A stretch of 64,000 nucleotides of DNA from Candidatus Wolframiiraptor gerlachensis (GCA_021323375.2 JAJPCT020000022.1:1-64000); one strand, 5' to 3'; positions 51,975 to 62,797 are shown, counted from the first letter of the stretch. Numbers and translations: made by a program. Notes: a model not told the origin generated them from the sequence alone.

Positions 51975-53498
51975 ATGACTGAAAGGCTTTACCTGCCCGA
52001 TTTACTGGCGATTCAGCTTAAGTCCGTGGTGCATCTAGTTGAGAGTGGGCTTCTTAAGGAGGGGAAGGTCCTCATACACCGCGGTCTCGTGGCGGAGGCG
52101 GAGAGGCTGGCCTCCGAGGGAGATACACTGGCCCTCGAGGGGCTTGAGAAGCTGGCAACCGCCTGCAGGGCCGCGGGCATAGTTATCGAATATGTTGGGG
52201 CGAGCTCTAATGGTGATCGGCTAGCGATCCTCGAGGAGGCGAGGAAGAGGGGCGCCAGCCTCGTGACATGCGACCCAATCACGGCCAAGATGGCCTCATC
52301 GCTGGGGGTTGAGGTGCTTTATGAGATGCCGCCGCCCCCATTCCGCATTCAGGAAGTCTTCACAGATGAAGTTATGAGCTTGCATCTAAAGGGGGGACTT
52401 CCGCCTAGGGTTAAACGGGGCTCGCCGAGAAGCTGGAGGCTCGAGGAGATACTGGATAAGCCGGTCACGAGGGAGGAGATGGAGCTAACCCTCGCCTATC
52501 TAATGAGGGAGGCTTACACGTCGCTGGGAACGGATGCCTTCCTTGAGGTCGATAAGCCAGCCGTCAAGATATTCCAGCTAAGGGACTTCAGGATCGTGGC
52601 CACTAGGCCGCCGTTCTCAGACGGCTTCGAGCTCACGATAGTCAAGCCGAAGATCAGGAGAAGGCTCGCGGACTACAGCCTACCGATGAAGGTTATCGAG
52701 AGGCTGGAGACGCAGGCGGAGGGGATACTAATAGCTGGGCCGCCTGGGATGGGCAAGTCGACCTTCGCGCAGGCCCTCGCCGAGCATTATAAGTCGCTGA
52801 ACAAGATTGTTAAGACTATTGAGAGCCCGCGAGACCTCCAGGTGTCGCCCGAGATAACCCAGTACTCGAAGGCTGCCTCGAGGCATAACGAGCTTCATGA
52901 TGTCCTTCTGCTGAGCAGGCCCGATTACACGATCTTTGATGAGATACGTGGGCCCGAGGACTTCGACCTCTTCATAGACCTGAGGCTCGCCGGGATAGGG
53001 ATGATAGGTGTTATACATGCGACAACGCCGATAGATGCTATTCAGAGGATAGCGAATAGAATAGACTTGGGCATGCTGCCGTCAGTAATAGACACGGTCA
53101 TATTCATGGATAAGGGTGAGGTAGAGAAAATATACTCCCTCGAGATGACAGTTAAGGTGCCAGCCGGTCTGAAGAAGGAGGATCTCGCGAGGCCAACGGT
53201 GATTGTCAAGGACTTCCTGACCGATGAGCCGAAATTCGAGCTCTACGTCTTTGGTGAGAGGAACTTCGTGGTGCCGATAAAGAAAGAGGCGCGCGGAGAG
53301 GCCATGAGCAGGCCAGCATTCAAGATCACGAGCCTGCTCCAAGAATACATACCGGACTTCAGGATCGAGGAGGACAAGAACGTCATAAGGCTATACATCC
53401 CGGAGCAATACTACAGGATATATATCAAGAAATGCCAGAACAAGCTCCTTAAGATCGCGAGAAAATACAGGATAAACATCGAGGCGTATCCGAGCTAA
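51975..53498 (+). CDS. PINA-like ATPase (degenerate PIN domain plus PilT/VirB11-type ATPase)
   Basis: GPPGMGKST, IESPRDL, RPDYTIFDE and HAT motifs. Confidence 0.88.
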   Translation: MTERLYLPDLLAIQLKSVVHLVESGLLKEGKVLIHRGLVAEAERLASEGDTLALEGLEKLATACRAAGIVIEYVGASSNGDRLAILEEARKRGASLVTCDPITAKMASSLGVEVLYEMPPPPFRIQEVFTDEVMSLHLKGGLPPRVKRGSPRSWRLEEILDKPVTREEMELTLAYLMREAYTSLGTDAFLEVDKPAVKIFQLRDFRIVATRPPFSDGFELTIVKPKIRRRLADYSLPMKVIERLETQAEGILIAGPPGMGKSTFAQALAEHYKSLNKIVKTIESPRDLQVSPEITQYSKAASRHNELHDVLLLSRPDYTIFDEIRGPEDFDLFIDLRLAGIGMIGVIHATTPIDAIQRIANRIDLGMLPSVIDTVIFMDKGEVEKIYSLEMTVKVPAGLKKEDLARPTVIVKDFLTDEPKFELYVFGERNFVVPIKKEARGEAMSRPAFKITSLLQEYIPDFRIEEDKNVIRLYIPEQYYRIYIKKCQNKLLKIARKYRINIEAYPS

Positions 53499-53517
53499 GC
53501 CTATCCCCAATAGACTA

Positions 53518-54648
53518 TTAGACTCTTCTTCCGGGGAGCGGGTATCTTCCGTGTTTTCTCGCCTTATCAACCATTGTGAATATGTTCTCCACCTTCACAT
53601 TCATGTGAAGCGAGTTGCTGGATGTAAGTATGAATCCACCGCCCTCCGCCGCCGCATCTATACATCTCCTAACATCTCTCCTCACATCCTCCGTCCCATA
53701 GGAAAGGACGTACTTGCAATCAACATTCCCCATTACACATATCCTGTCCCCATATCTCCTCTTAACATCTCCCATATCCATGACGCCGGGCTCCATTGGG
53801 TGTAGCGCCGAGATACTCGTATTTACTATGTCATCTAGGATGGTGTAGAGATTTCCATCAGAATGCTTCAGAAACAGGAATCCCATATCTCTTGCCTATA
53901 TTGACAATAGCCTTCAAGTATGGGAGCTCATACTCCCTAAACATTATTGGGTTCATGAATGGGCCATTTTCCCCAGCATAGTTATCCGTAACCCATAGCG
54001 CATCTACACCAACCTCCGCCATCGCCTTAGCATAGCTTTGACAGGCTCTTGCTAACTTATCCAATAGATTTCTCGCGAGGAAGGGCCTATTGAAAGTCTA
54101 GAAGGATCTTGTCAATACCTCCCCTAACTTGGAAGGCGAAGTGCCAGCCACTATGGCATTGCCCTATCATAACGATACGATATCCTCCCCCCTTACACTC
54201 CTCATTATTCGCTCCATCATCTCGTAGATATCGGGATGGAAGGCATTAGGCGGCTCATAGGATTCCAGATCCTCCGGCGTTTTCACCACACCATCCACAA
54301 AGAAGGTTGTCCTGCTTCTCTGATTCGCCTGCATCACCCTACCCTAATGATCAACGTACCTATCCTTATCGACATATCTCGGCTTATAATCTCTAGGCGT
54401 TAAAGAATAGTCTGATAGCACGACAGCGGCATCGAAGTCAAGCTTCTTGCACGCCTCAACCAACAATAACCTATAGGTTATCGCTTAATCCCAGCTGGTA
54501 CTGCCGCAGCCGTAGTGTAGACCTGACTCATAATAGGTCTACCAAGAACCTGCTCAACTATAGGAGGATCAAGCGCGAAATCTGTTATAGGGACATAATC
54601 TGGCTCGCCCAGCTCAAGAGCCCTGAAAAAGCGCTCCTTATGATTCAT
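53518..54648 (-). pseudogene. uroporphyrinogen decarboxylase (URO-D/MtaA) family, multiply disrupted
   Basis: ATG 54648 gives MNHKERFFRALELGEPDYVP; later fragments ..P.MFRE..LP, HSDGN, MGNVD and GGGFILTSSNS lie in different frames. Confidence 0.8.
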
Positions 54649-54737
54649 TGTAAGATACGCATATCTTGGTCTAGATAAATAGTTTTATGGCCGGGAAGGT
54701 GGAAAGATTAAAAGCCGAGAATGAATTAGTTTTCTCA

Positions 54738-54799
54738 TTGGGGGATGAGGCAGCCGCTCCAGACTGAACTGTGATGCAGGAAGAGCCGGGCCGACCCAA
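54738..54799 (+). ncRNA. box C/D methylation guide sRNA
   Basis: Terminal stem TTGGG/CCCAA; box C GGGATGA 54742-48, D' CTGA 54764-67, C' GTGATGC 54771-77, D CCGA 54791-94; 15- and 13-nt spacers; BRE/TATA-like GAAAGATTAAAA about 30 nt upstream. Confidence 0.7.
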
Positions 54800-54817
54800 A
54801 TATTCTCACTAAACTGG

Positions 54818-55293
54818 TTATGCTCTTGCTTGGCGTTTCTTTTGATACGTCCTAATTATTTCATTGTAGTCTTCTTCGCTTATCCTCTTTGTCGATCCCA
54901 TGAATGCCCTCATTGGGTTCCTGAACCTCCTGAGGAATGAGAGCCTGTTATGTATTTCTGTTGGCGAAATTGCTATCTCCCACACCTCCGCCTCCTTGAA
55001 GCCCATCGCATATTGGAACGCGTTTGATAGTTCTCCGATTACATGGAATCTCTGTTCCTCCGTTATTGGGTGAGCTGGCCCAGCTAATATTCCCTCACCA
55101 TGAACCCCTTTCTCTTGGCTTCTGCGATGTAGAAGATTACTTTGTCGCCCTTCTCGAGCCTCCTGAGATTTGGGGGCTCTAACATTCAGCGACCGGAACC
55201 TGTTTTCATCCTGTTTGATAGGACCTCGCTCGCGGGTGCAATTCTTCCCATATGCACATGATCCTTCACAAGGAAGACCCAATAGTTGACCAT
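54818..55293 (-). pseudogene. EVE-domain protein, frameshifted
   Basis: ATG 55293 gives MVNYWVFLV; other frames give LRRLEKGDKVIFY and RISEEDYNEII. Confidence 0.65.
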
Positions 55294-55327
55294 GCTCTAT
55301 GCATGGGATCTCAATCTTATAAGAGAG

Positions 55328-56755
55328 TTAGGTGAGCCTTATCCTCCTCCACGGCCTCTCCTCCGAGCCCCTCTTAGCATAATCATCCAAGTTTATCCCC
55401 ATCTTCTTCGCCTTTCTTCTTATCGCTGCTAGGGTCGGTTTCCTATACTCTCTAACAGTCTCGAGGATCAGCTCTCCAATCCTCTCATCGCCCCTCGCTA
55501 TTATGGCCTGGAGATATGCCTGCCTTATCCCATCAGTGCTCAGGATCCTGCCAAGCTCCCTTCTCAGGAACTTAAGCTTCCTCCTTAGGATTCTTGGATC
55601 CTCAAACTCCTCGCTCTCCATTGGTGTATGAGGCTTTGGGACGAATGGGTTCGCGCTCACCCTCACCCTGAATCCCAGATCCTTTATCTCCCTAACAAGC
55701 TTCACCGCCTCCTCTAAGTCCTTCATGGTCTCCCCCGGTAATCCGAACATCATGTAAAGCTTTATCCGGGTGATCCCATGCTTCTTGAGCAGCTTGCACA
55801 CATTGAGGAGCGATTCATCTGGAAATCCCTTTCCTATCCTATATCTGAGCTCCTCACATGTCTCGGGGGCGATCGTTATGGTCTTCTCACCGCTCTCCGC
55901 CAAGAGTTCTAAGAGCATCTCGCTCATCGCATCGGCCCTCAAGGATGGCGCTATTAGCCTAAAGCTTCTATCCCTCCTGAGCTCCCTCGCGATCTCTATT
56001 AGCTCCTCGAGCCTGCTATATCTCGAAAGGTCGCTGGCTATTAGGGCTACGGCCTCATAATCCCCCCTTATCACCCCCTCCCGCATAACCTCTGCCAGCT
56101 GATCTAGACTCCTCTCCCTATATGGCGCGTAGAAGTTTTTCCCTAGGCAGAAGAGGCAGCTCCACCCACATCCCCTGCTTACGTCGAGTAGGAGAGCATC
56201 GCCGAAGATGCTCCGCCTGCTGGAGACCTGAAGCGCCGGGAGAAACGTGTCAAGCCTTCGTGGATATGTTCTTCTCACCGCCTCGGAGACCCCTGCGATG
56301 AATAACCCCTCTAAGCTTGCTAGGTTCTTTGGGCTCGCGCCGTCCATCATCTCCTCGATGAGTTTCATCAGCCCGCTCTCCGCCTCTCCGATGTAAACAT
56401 AGTCTGTAAGGCATTTGAGAGGGTATGGATTGCATGTACATGGGCCGCCGATAATCTTGGGCTTATCGAAGAGGTTTAGCCTAGCTATCTGGTGCGCCAT
56501 CTCGAGGAAATCCAGCTCATACTGGTAGCTGAACATTATCAGGTCAAACTCGCTGAGATGGGAGCCGGTCTCAATACTCCTATCACTCTCAGCGGTAAAG
56601 CGCTCGCAATAGATCCTGTCATCGAGGTTTAGGAGGTGGTAGATTATCCTGATGCCGAGGTTTGATATCGCGACCTCATACGTGCTCGGGTAGACTAGGG
56701 CTATCCTGAACTTACCCCTAACCCTCTTCCTTACAACGAACTTCTCATCTAGCAT
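55328..56755 (-). CDS. B12-binding-domain radical SAM protein
   Basis: YPSTYEVAISNLG, RGCxxxCxFC, TIAPE and FVPKPHTP motifs. Confidence 0.88.
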   Translation of the reverse strand: MLDEKFVVRKRVRGKFRIALVYPSTYEVAISNLGIRIIYHLLNLDDRIYCERFTAESDRSIETGSHLSEFDLIMFSYQYELDFLEMAHQIARLNLFDKPKIIGGPCTCNPYPLKCLTDYVYIGEAESGLMKLIEEMMDGASPKNLASLEGLFIAGVSEAVRRTYPRRLDTFLPALQVSSRRSIFGDALLLDVSRGCGWSCLFCLGKNFYAPYRERSLDQLAEVMREGVIRGDYEAVALIASDLSRYSRLEELIEIARELRRDRSFRLIAPSLRADAMSEMLLELLAESGEKTITIAPETCEELRYRIGKGFPDESLLNVCKLLKKHGITRIKLYMMFGLPGETMKDLEEAVKLVREIKDLGFRVRVSANPFVPKPHTPMESEEFEDPRILRRKLKFLRRELGRILSTDGIRQAYLQAIIARGDERIGELILETVREYRKPTLAAIRRKAKKMGINLDDYAKRGSEERPWRRIRLT

Positions 56756-56836
56756 CCCAGCTTCCTACTCGCTCCTATGCAATCATCCATAACTTTCTCT
56801 ATAAAGGTTTGAACGCGGTCCAAGGGTTAAGTTTTC

Positions 56837-57808
56837 ATGTCGCCTCCAGCCCATGATCTAGTAAGGATCATGAGTAAGATCATGCTCAGTGATGATTTGA
56901 GGAGCTATCTTGATAGGCTTCCGGACGTGGAGCTGGATCTCCTGCTTGAGGCTTATGAGAGGCCCTTACCCGAGGCCTTTAGAGTTAATACCCTGAAGGC
57001 TTCTGAGGAGAAGATTCTGGAGAGGCTAAGGTCTAGGGGATATAGTATTGAGCCTATTCCATGGGCTCGACATGGCTATATGGCTTCGGGCGGCGAGGAT
57101 CTTGGGAAGTCGCTGGAGCATATGCTCGGGCTGATCTATATTCAGGGGCCTGTCTCCATGGCGCCTGTTGAGGCCTTGGACCCGAGGCCGGGCGAGGTGA
57201 TCCTCGACCTATGCGCCGCTCCGGGAAGCAAGAGCACGCAGATCGCGCAGCTCCTCCGCGGCGAGGGGGTCCTAGTCGCGAATGATATCAGTTTCGACAG
57301 GGTTAAGGCGCTCTCATCAAACCTCCAGAGATTCGGCGTGCTAAACTGCGTTATCACGCTCGCCGATGGGAGGAAGTATCCACGATTTGCTAGAGAGTTC
57401 TTTGACAGGGTTCTTGTGGATGCTCCATGCAGCTCCCTCGGAATAATTAGCAAGAACTGGGGTATAGCGAGGGCGTGGTCCATTGGGATCGTCAAGAGGC
57501 TTAGCGAGCTCCAGAAAAGGCTGATCCTAGCCGCCTTCGACTGCCTCAAGCCCGGCGGCACCCTAGTATACTCCACGTGTACGCTGACAGTTGAGGAGAA
57601 TGAGCTTGTGGTGAACTGGCTTCTCGAGAACCGGGAAGATGCAAAGGTAAGCGAGATAAGGCTCAAGGATCTTAGGCATAGGCCGGGGATAACCGAGTAT
57701 GGCGGGGTAAGAATGAAGGATGAGATCTCGAAAACGATGCGGATAATGCCCTATGACAACTGGGCTGAAGGATTCTATATCGCGAGGATCACAAAGGAGG
57801 TGAGATGA
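56837..57808 (+). CDS. RsmB/NOP2 family RNA m5C methyltransferase
   Basis: LDLCAAPGSKS, DAPCS, YSTCT and EENE motifs. Confidence 0.93.
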   Translation: MSPPAHDLVRIMSKIMLSDDLRSYLDRLPDVELDLLLEAYERPLPEAFRVNTLKASEEKILERLRSRGYSIEPIPWARHGYMASGGEDLGKSLEHMLGLIYIQGPVSMAPVEALDPRPGEVILDLCAAPGSKSTQIAQLLRGEGVLVANDISFDRVKALSSNLQRFGVLNCVITLADGRKYPRFAREFFDRVLVDAPCSSLGIISKNWGIARAWSIGIVKRLSELQKRLILAAFDCLKPGGTLVYSTCTLTVEENELVVNWLLENREDAKVSEIRLKDLRHRPGITEYGGVRMKDEISKTMRIMPYDNWAEGFYIARITKEVR

Positions 57809-58260
57809 TGAGGTTGCTAACCTCCGCAGAAAGGAGATACCTCGCTAAGAGGCTTGAGGACCAGCATGGCGTCGAGAATGCCTTCGATGATCTAGTCCTC
57901 ATCCGGACTGGGCAGGGGAGGATAAGAGCCACGTCCAAGGAGGCTTATGATGTTGCCTGCAGGCTTAGGAGAGTTCAGCAAGTGGGGCTCTATGTCGCGA
58001 AGATGGTGAAGGGCGATGTAATTCTCTCGATAGAGGGTAGCCAGTTGCTCGGCGCCGCGATAACGAAGAATGTAATAGAGCTGAGCGAGGAGGAGGCTGA
58101 GGAGTGGATGAAGGCCGCGCCCATAGAGAGGTCTGAGAAGATTGAGGCGAGATATGTTGTTGCGAGATGCGGCGACTTCTACCTTGGATCGGGCAGAGTC
58201 TCTAGGGATGGGAGGATATATCCACAGGTGGCCAAATGGAGGCGAATCCCTGAGGAATAG
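57805..58260 (+). CDS. NIP7/RsmF C-terminal (PUA-like) partner protein
   Basis: GLY...LSIEGSQL.G...KNVIEL...W; overlaps the m5C methyltransferase stop. Confidence 0.65.
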   Translation: MMRLLTSAERRYLAKRLEDQHGVENAFDDLVLIRTGQGRIRATSKEAYDVACRLRRVQQVGLYVAKMVKGDVILSIEGSQLLGAAITKNVIELSEEEAEEWMKAAPIERSEKIEARYVVARCGDFYLGSGRVSRDGRIYPQVAKWRRIPEE

Positions 58261-58265
58261 AATCA

Positions 58266-60491
58266 TTACTTGGATTTTATGGTTATCTTGTATGGCACGT
58301 ATCTATCGGCGTAGTAGATCGCATATCCAGCCCCCAGCCCCGCCTCCTCATATCTATTAACCTCGAGGCTGAGCTCTATCGCTGGGTTAAACCATCCATC
58401 AACAAAGCTGAATGTGCATACCATGTAGAGCACCCTATCACGGCGATCCTCCGGAATCCCTTCAAGAATTCTGGAGAGGTCCTCCTCAACTATGAGGAGC
58501 GACATGTTGACCCTCGTCATGTAGTAGAGCTTGCTTATGAGCGGCGTGGTCTTAAGGACCATGTAGTCCGAGAGCTTGAGAAGCCTACCAACCTCCTCTT
58601 CGCTCAGGACATCCGGTCCCTCGATGAAGATGGGTATCCAGGTTCGCGCCCTCAATCTCTCGAGAAGCGGCATGATGTGCTGCAGCCTATCATCTGATGA
58701 TATTCTCCAGCTATCCCAAGCCATGAGATATACACCATCAAACCCGAAGTCCCTGACCACCTTCTCCAGCTTGCTTGAGAAGAACTCCGCATAGCTGACG
58801 CCGTTCAAGCTATTGTTAAAGAGTAGGAGGTTCTCGGCCCCAAGCAAGTTCGGATGCCTGCTGATCCACTTTATGTCGAATCCCTGGACCCCGTACCTGT
58901 ATATCGGCCCCTCAGCCTTGAGATAGACTCCGAGGAGCACCTTAACACCGCGCGATTTCAAGCTTCTCACGAGCCATAGTAGGTCTGACTGGCTCCACCT
59001 ATCAGCCTCGATCCTGAACCTAAAGTACTTGGTCACGTCTTGGGAGGGATCAAATCCATTATAGGTGTTGATGAAGTCCGGGGACATTATAAGGACAACA
59101 TGCGTGACGTTATAGTGCCTTAGGAACTGGCTCACGCTTTCATCGGATCCCGGCGTGAAGGCGGAGTCGGGGCTCTCCGGGACCCCTATCCTGATTGGAT
59201 CATTTGGGAGCGCCACTGCGAGGGGTGGCGGCATTACTGAGGCGAGGCCGAGCGCAATCACAACACCATATACGAGTACATTCCACTTGCTGAGATACGC
59301 TGTATCATATTTCTGGAGACTGAAATAATCCATCATTAATGCTAGGAGCCTCGTCCCGCCGAATATACCAGCTACAATCTGCAGGATATATGGCAGTCCA
59401 ATTTCATAGCTCTCTGGAACATATATCCTCCCAATACATGCTGGGCTGAATCCATTCATGGTGATCCAAGCGCCCGCGAGCCATGCCACGGCCGAGAGCA
59501 TCAACATGATGAGGTTTCTCTTAACATTCCTCGAGACCCATAGATCCCTAGAGATTAGTATCATCGGGATTAGGAAGTTTATGTGCTGAATGTTTACCTT
59601 CGGCGATACTGCTAGGAATGATGTGAGAGTGAGCGTTAGCGCCCACACTAGGCTATGGTCGTCGGGCCTTATCCTCCTCGCAATCATCACGAGTATTATG
59701 CTGAATGCCGCGATCGGTATGAACCAGAAGCTTGAGAGATTGAAGAAGGTTGAGAGGGCCATCCAGTAGGTGAATCCGCCGACGCTCTTGGCGTGGAAGA
59801 ATATTGCCTCGAAATATTCCATCGGCGTTGTTAGGAAGGGTGTGGAGACCGCTAGAAATGTTATGGATGTTGGGAGGATCAGCTTTAGGACGGCTTCTCT
59901 GAGGCCGCATTCCCCCCGCCTGATAAGGTGTATCATAGCCGGGATTACTATGAGGGCTGGGATTAGCTTGATAGACGCCCCGATCCCCGCCATGACCCCG
60001 GCCGAGATGAGCCTCCGCCTGAGGAGCATGTAGATCGCGAGGAGCTGGAAGAGGACCGCTATCGAGTCAAACATCCCCCAAAACGATGAGATGAAATACG
60101 TGATTGGGTTGAAGAGCCATATTGCCGAGGCTACTAGCGATTTGTCCTCATCGAATTTGAGCATCCTCATGATCTGGTATATCATGATAGCTGATGCTAT
60201 GTCAGCGAGGATTATCGGGAGCTTTATCATGAATATTCTGAATAATGTTCCCCCGCCAAGCAGGGCGACGACTATCAGCCAGTAGAGCCATCCAGGCGGA
60301 TATGCGTAGAAGCCCCAGGGATACTCGACGTAATCCCCGAACTTGTAGATGTTTAGGTCCTGTAGGCCGAGCTCGCCGGACTTGAACCAGATATACATAT
60401 CCCATGGATGGGCGTAGAATGGCGCTGGAATCAGCCGAGCCAAGACGCCGATCAGCAATATTATTAGTAACTTCCGCCGCGCCGGCGTCAT
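58266..60491 (-). CDS. GT-C (GT87-like) membrane glycosyltransferase with a C-terminal TIM-barrel-like domain
   Basis: HPWD, YAYPP, FNP, WGMFD and G..IK motifs in a multi-TM region; C-terminal GVKVLLG...FGFDGV. Confidence 0.7.
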   Translation of the reverse strand: MTPARRKLLIILLIGVLARLIPAPFYAHPWDMYIWFKSGELGLQDLNIYKFGDYVEYPWGFYAYPPGWLYWLIVVALLGGGTLFRIFMIKLPIILADIASAIMIYQIMRMLKFDEDKSLVASAIWLFNPITYFISSFWGMFDSIAVLFQLLAIYMLLRRRLISAGVMAGIGASIKLIPALIVIPAMIHLIRRGECGLREAVLKLILPTSITFLAVSTPFLTTPMEYFEAIFFHAKSVGGFTYWMALSTFFNLSSFWFIPIAAFSIILVMIARRIRPDDHSLVWALTLTLTSFLAVSPKVNIQHINFLIPMILISRDLWVSRNVKRNLIMLMLSAVAWLAGAWITMNGFSPACIGRIYVPESYEIGLPYILQIVAGIFGGTRLLALMMDYFSLQKYDTAYLSKWNVLVYGVVIALGLASVMPPPLAVALPNDPIRIGVPESPDSAFTPGSDESVSQFLRHYNVTHVVLIMSPDFINTYNGFDPSQDVTKYFRFRIEADRWSQSDLLWLVRSLKSRGVKVLLGVYLKAEGPIYRYGVQGFDIKWISRHPNLLGAENLLLFNNSLNGVSYAEFFSSKLEKVVRDFGFDGVYLMAWDSWRISSDDRLQHIMPLLERLRARTWIPIFIEGPDVLSEEEVGRLLKLSDYMVLKTTPLISKLYYMTRVNMSLLIVEEDLSRILEGIPEDRRDRVLYMVCTFSFVDGWFNPAIELSLEVNRYEEAGLGAGYAIYYADRYVPYKITIKSK

Positions 60492-60550
60492 CTTGCAGAT
60501 ATTTCGCGAGAGTATTTTATATCGGTTACCGCATGACTCCTCAGCATCCG

Positions 60551-61432
60551 ATGAGCAGAGATTGGATTAGGTTCTTATTTTATAAGGGGCCATCCTTTGT
60601 CGGAACTGATGCGAGCTTCGAGGATGCCGATTATGCGGTCTTCGGCGTGCCCTTTGATGCTACCGCGAGCTTTAGACCCGGGTCGAGATTCGCTCCCCTC
60701 AGCCTGAGGATCATGTCTGAATATCTTGAGCTCCCGGCCGAGAAATCGATAAGAATATGCGACTTAGGCGATCTGCATCCAACGGTTAGCGTTGATGTGA
60801 TGCTACGGAGGGTTGGTGAGGCTGTTGAGAGGATTGTAGAGGCTGGCAAGATCCCCGTTATCCTCGGAGGAGAGCATACGCTCACTCTTGGATCCATCCC
60901 GAGGCTGGGAGGCATCGGCGGATTAGTGATCTTCGATGCTCACCTAGATATGAGGGACGAGTTCATGGATACTAGGATAAATCATACCACTTGGCTTAGA
61001 AGGCTTCTAGAGGAGAAGAGGATGGAGCATGTCATAGTTGTTGGGGCTAGAGCCTATACGGAGGAGGAATTCGCCGTGGCCGATGATATGGGTGTCCAGC
61101 TCGTCACGAGCTCCGAGATATTCCTAGACTTCAGGGGTGCCGTGAAGAAGCTTGACGCGCTCACATCCGGGCTGAAGAACATCTATCTAAGCATAGATGT
61201 TGATGTTCTTGATCCGGGCTATGCGCCAGGCGTTAGTAATCCGGAGCCTGGTGGGATTGCGCCAATCCACCTCTATGAGCTCATTAAGATTGTCGCGGCG
61301 AGGGGGCTTATGGCGATGGATATCGTCGAGGTGAATCCGCTCTTCGATAATTGGTCGGCGGCAGCCTGCGCCATCTACGCCGCATATTATGCCATGTTAT
61401 CATCTACCACCTCCTCCTCAGCTTCGCGATGA
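60551..61432 (+). CDS. speB: agmatinase (ureohydrolase family)
   Basis: GGEH, DAHLD, SIDVDVLDP and EPGG motifs; start at 60533 or 60551. Confidence 0.88.
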   Translation: MSRDWIRFLFYKGPSFVGTDASFEDADYAVFGVPFDATASFRPGSRFAPLSLRIMSEYLELPAEKSIRICDLGDLHPTVSVDVMLRRVGEAVERIVEAGKIPVILGGEHTLTLGSIPRLGGIGGLVIFDAHLDMRDEFMDTRINHTTWLRRLLEEKRMEHVIVVGARAYTEEEFAVADDMGVQLVTSSEIFLDFRGAVKKLDALTSGLKNIYLSIDVDVLDPGYAPGVSNPEPGGIAPIHLYELIKIVAARGLMAMDIVEVNPLFDNWSAAACAIYAAYYAMLSSTTSSSASR

Positions 61433-62714
61433 AGAAGCCGTTACAGTAGTCCCTGTGTGGATAGAGGCGGCGGGTCTCTGCCAAGCCCCTCAGCCCATCC
61501 ATGCCCAGCCTCGGCTCAAGATCCACGAGCTCAAACTCTGGATGAATCTTGAGGAAATCCTCGATAAGCAGCTCATTCTCCTCGAGCGATATGCTGCATG
61601 TCGAGTAGATTATGTGGCCTCCCCTCTTAACATGGGGCGCGGAGTTCCTGAGCATCTTAGCCTGGAGCCTCGCAAACATTTTCACGTGCCTAGGCTTCAC
61701 GATCTGCCTGTATATTGGCTCCCTCCAGAAGAGCCCCGTGGAGCTGCATGGCGGATCAAGGAGCAACGCGTCCGCCTCCAGCCTCAGAGGCAGCGGCTTT
61801 GTCGCGTCAGCGGCCAAGTCCTCCACAATCCGCAGCCCAGCCCCTCTAACCCGCCTCAAATGAGTCCTGAGCCTGCTTATCGAGGAGTCAATCGAGATTA
61901 TCAGACCCCTATTCCTCATCCGGATGCCCGCGAGGATAGTTTTCGAGCCCGGCGCCGCGCATATATCAAGGATCCTTTGGCCCGGCCTCGGATCAAGCGC
62001 GTAAACCGCATAATAACTTGAGAGATCTTGGATTAGGAGTAGCATCCTCCTCGTTAGCGATATCAGGCTCCGGGTATCATCCACGCGCTCAAGTATGTAA
62101 AGGCCTGGAAGCCTCCGATCAGGAAGCAGGTGGACTCCATTCTTCTCAGCCTCTTCAAGTATATCCTCCTGAGAGGCGAGGAGCGTGTTCAGCGCAACAT
62201 ATGTTCTCGGCCGATTCTCATCTTGGAATCTCAGTAGCATGCTGGCCTCAGATCTCCCGAGCACCCTTGTTACGAGCTTGATGAACCATGGCTGATAACT
62301 TGGATATATCTGGAGATTGAGCCCAGCTTTATGGGCTGATCTTATTAGCCCTATCCAGGGCTCGGCCCCCCTTGGCCAAAGCCTACCCATCACCCTTCTA
62401 AGAGCCTTTACAAGCTCCTCGGGGTCTCCCAAGTCCAAACCCGCCCAGATGGAGCATAAGAGCAAGCCTAGCAGTATCATCGAGTCCTGATCCAGCTCTT
62501 CCCTAGAAAGCCTTCTCAGGAGACTGAGAGCTTGATAGCTTCCAAGGGCATATATGTGGAGCATCTTGCGGGCGAGCCTCAGAACCCGGGTAGCAGGTTT
62601 ATATGCTTGGATGGACGCGTAGAGGGCTGATTTAAGGGAGATCTCCTGTTCTAGATGTTTTTTAATCGCCACGAATGCTAGAGAAACTGCTTCGGCCACC
62701 TCCTCGACATTCAT
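61404..62714 (-). CDS. second RsmB/NOP2 (Fmu/Sun) m5C methyltransferase
   Basis: QD.SS, LDICAAPGSKT, DPPCS and YSTCS motifs. Confidence 0.9.
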   Translation of the reverse strand: MNVEEVAEAVSLAFVAIKKHLEQEISLKSALYASIQAYKPATRVLRLARKMLHIYALGSYQALSLLRRLSREELDQDSMILLGLLLCSIWAGLDLGDPEELVKALRRVMGRLWPRGAEPWIGLIRSAHKAGLNLQIYPSYQPWFIKLVTRVLGRSEASMLLRFQDENRPRTYVALNTLLASQEDILEEAEKNGVHLLPDRRLPGLYILERVDDTRSLISLTRRMLLLIQDLSSYYAVYALDPRPGQRILDICAAPGSKTILAGIRMRNRGLIISIDSSISRLRTHLRRVRGAGLRIVEDLAADATKPLPLRLEADALLLDPPCSSTGLFWREPIYRQIVKPRHVKMFARLQAKMLRNSAPHVKRGGHIIYSTCSISLEENELLIEDFLKIHPEFELVDLEPRLGMDGLRGLAETRRLYPHRDYCNGFFIAKLRRRW

Positions 62715-62797
62715 TCTTCATCCTATCCTCTTATGGGCTCTAAGACATCTTAGGCGCTAAAACCCTATATTAGCCTAATTCGGGTAAATGATTTAGA

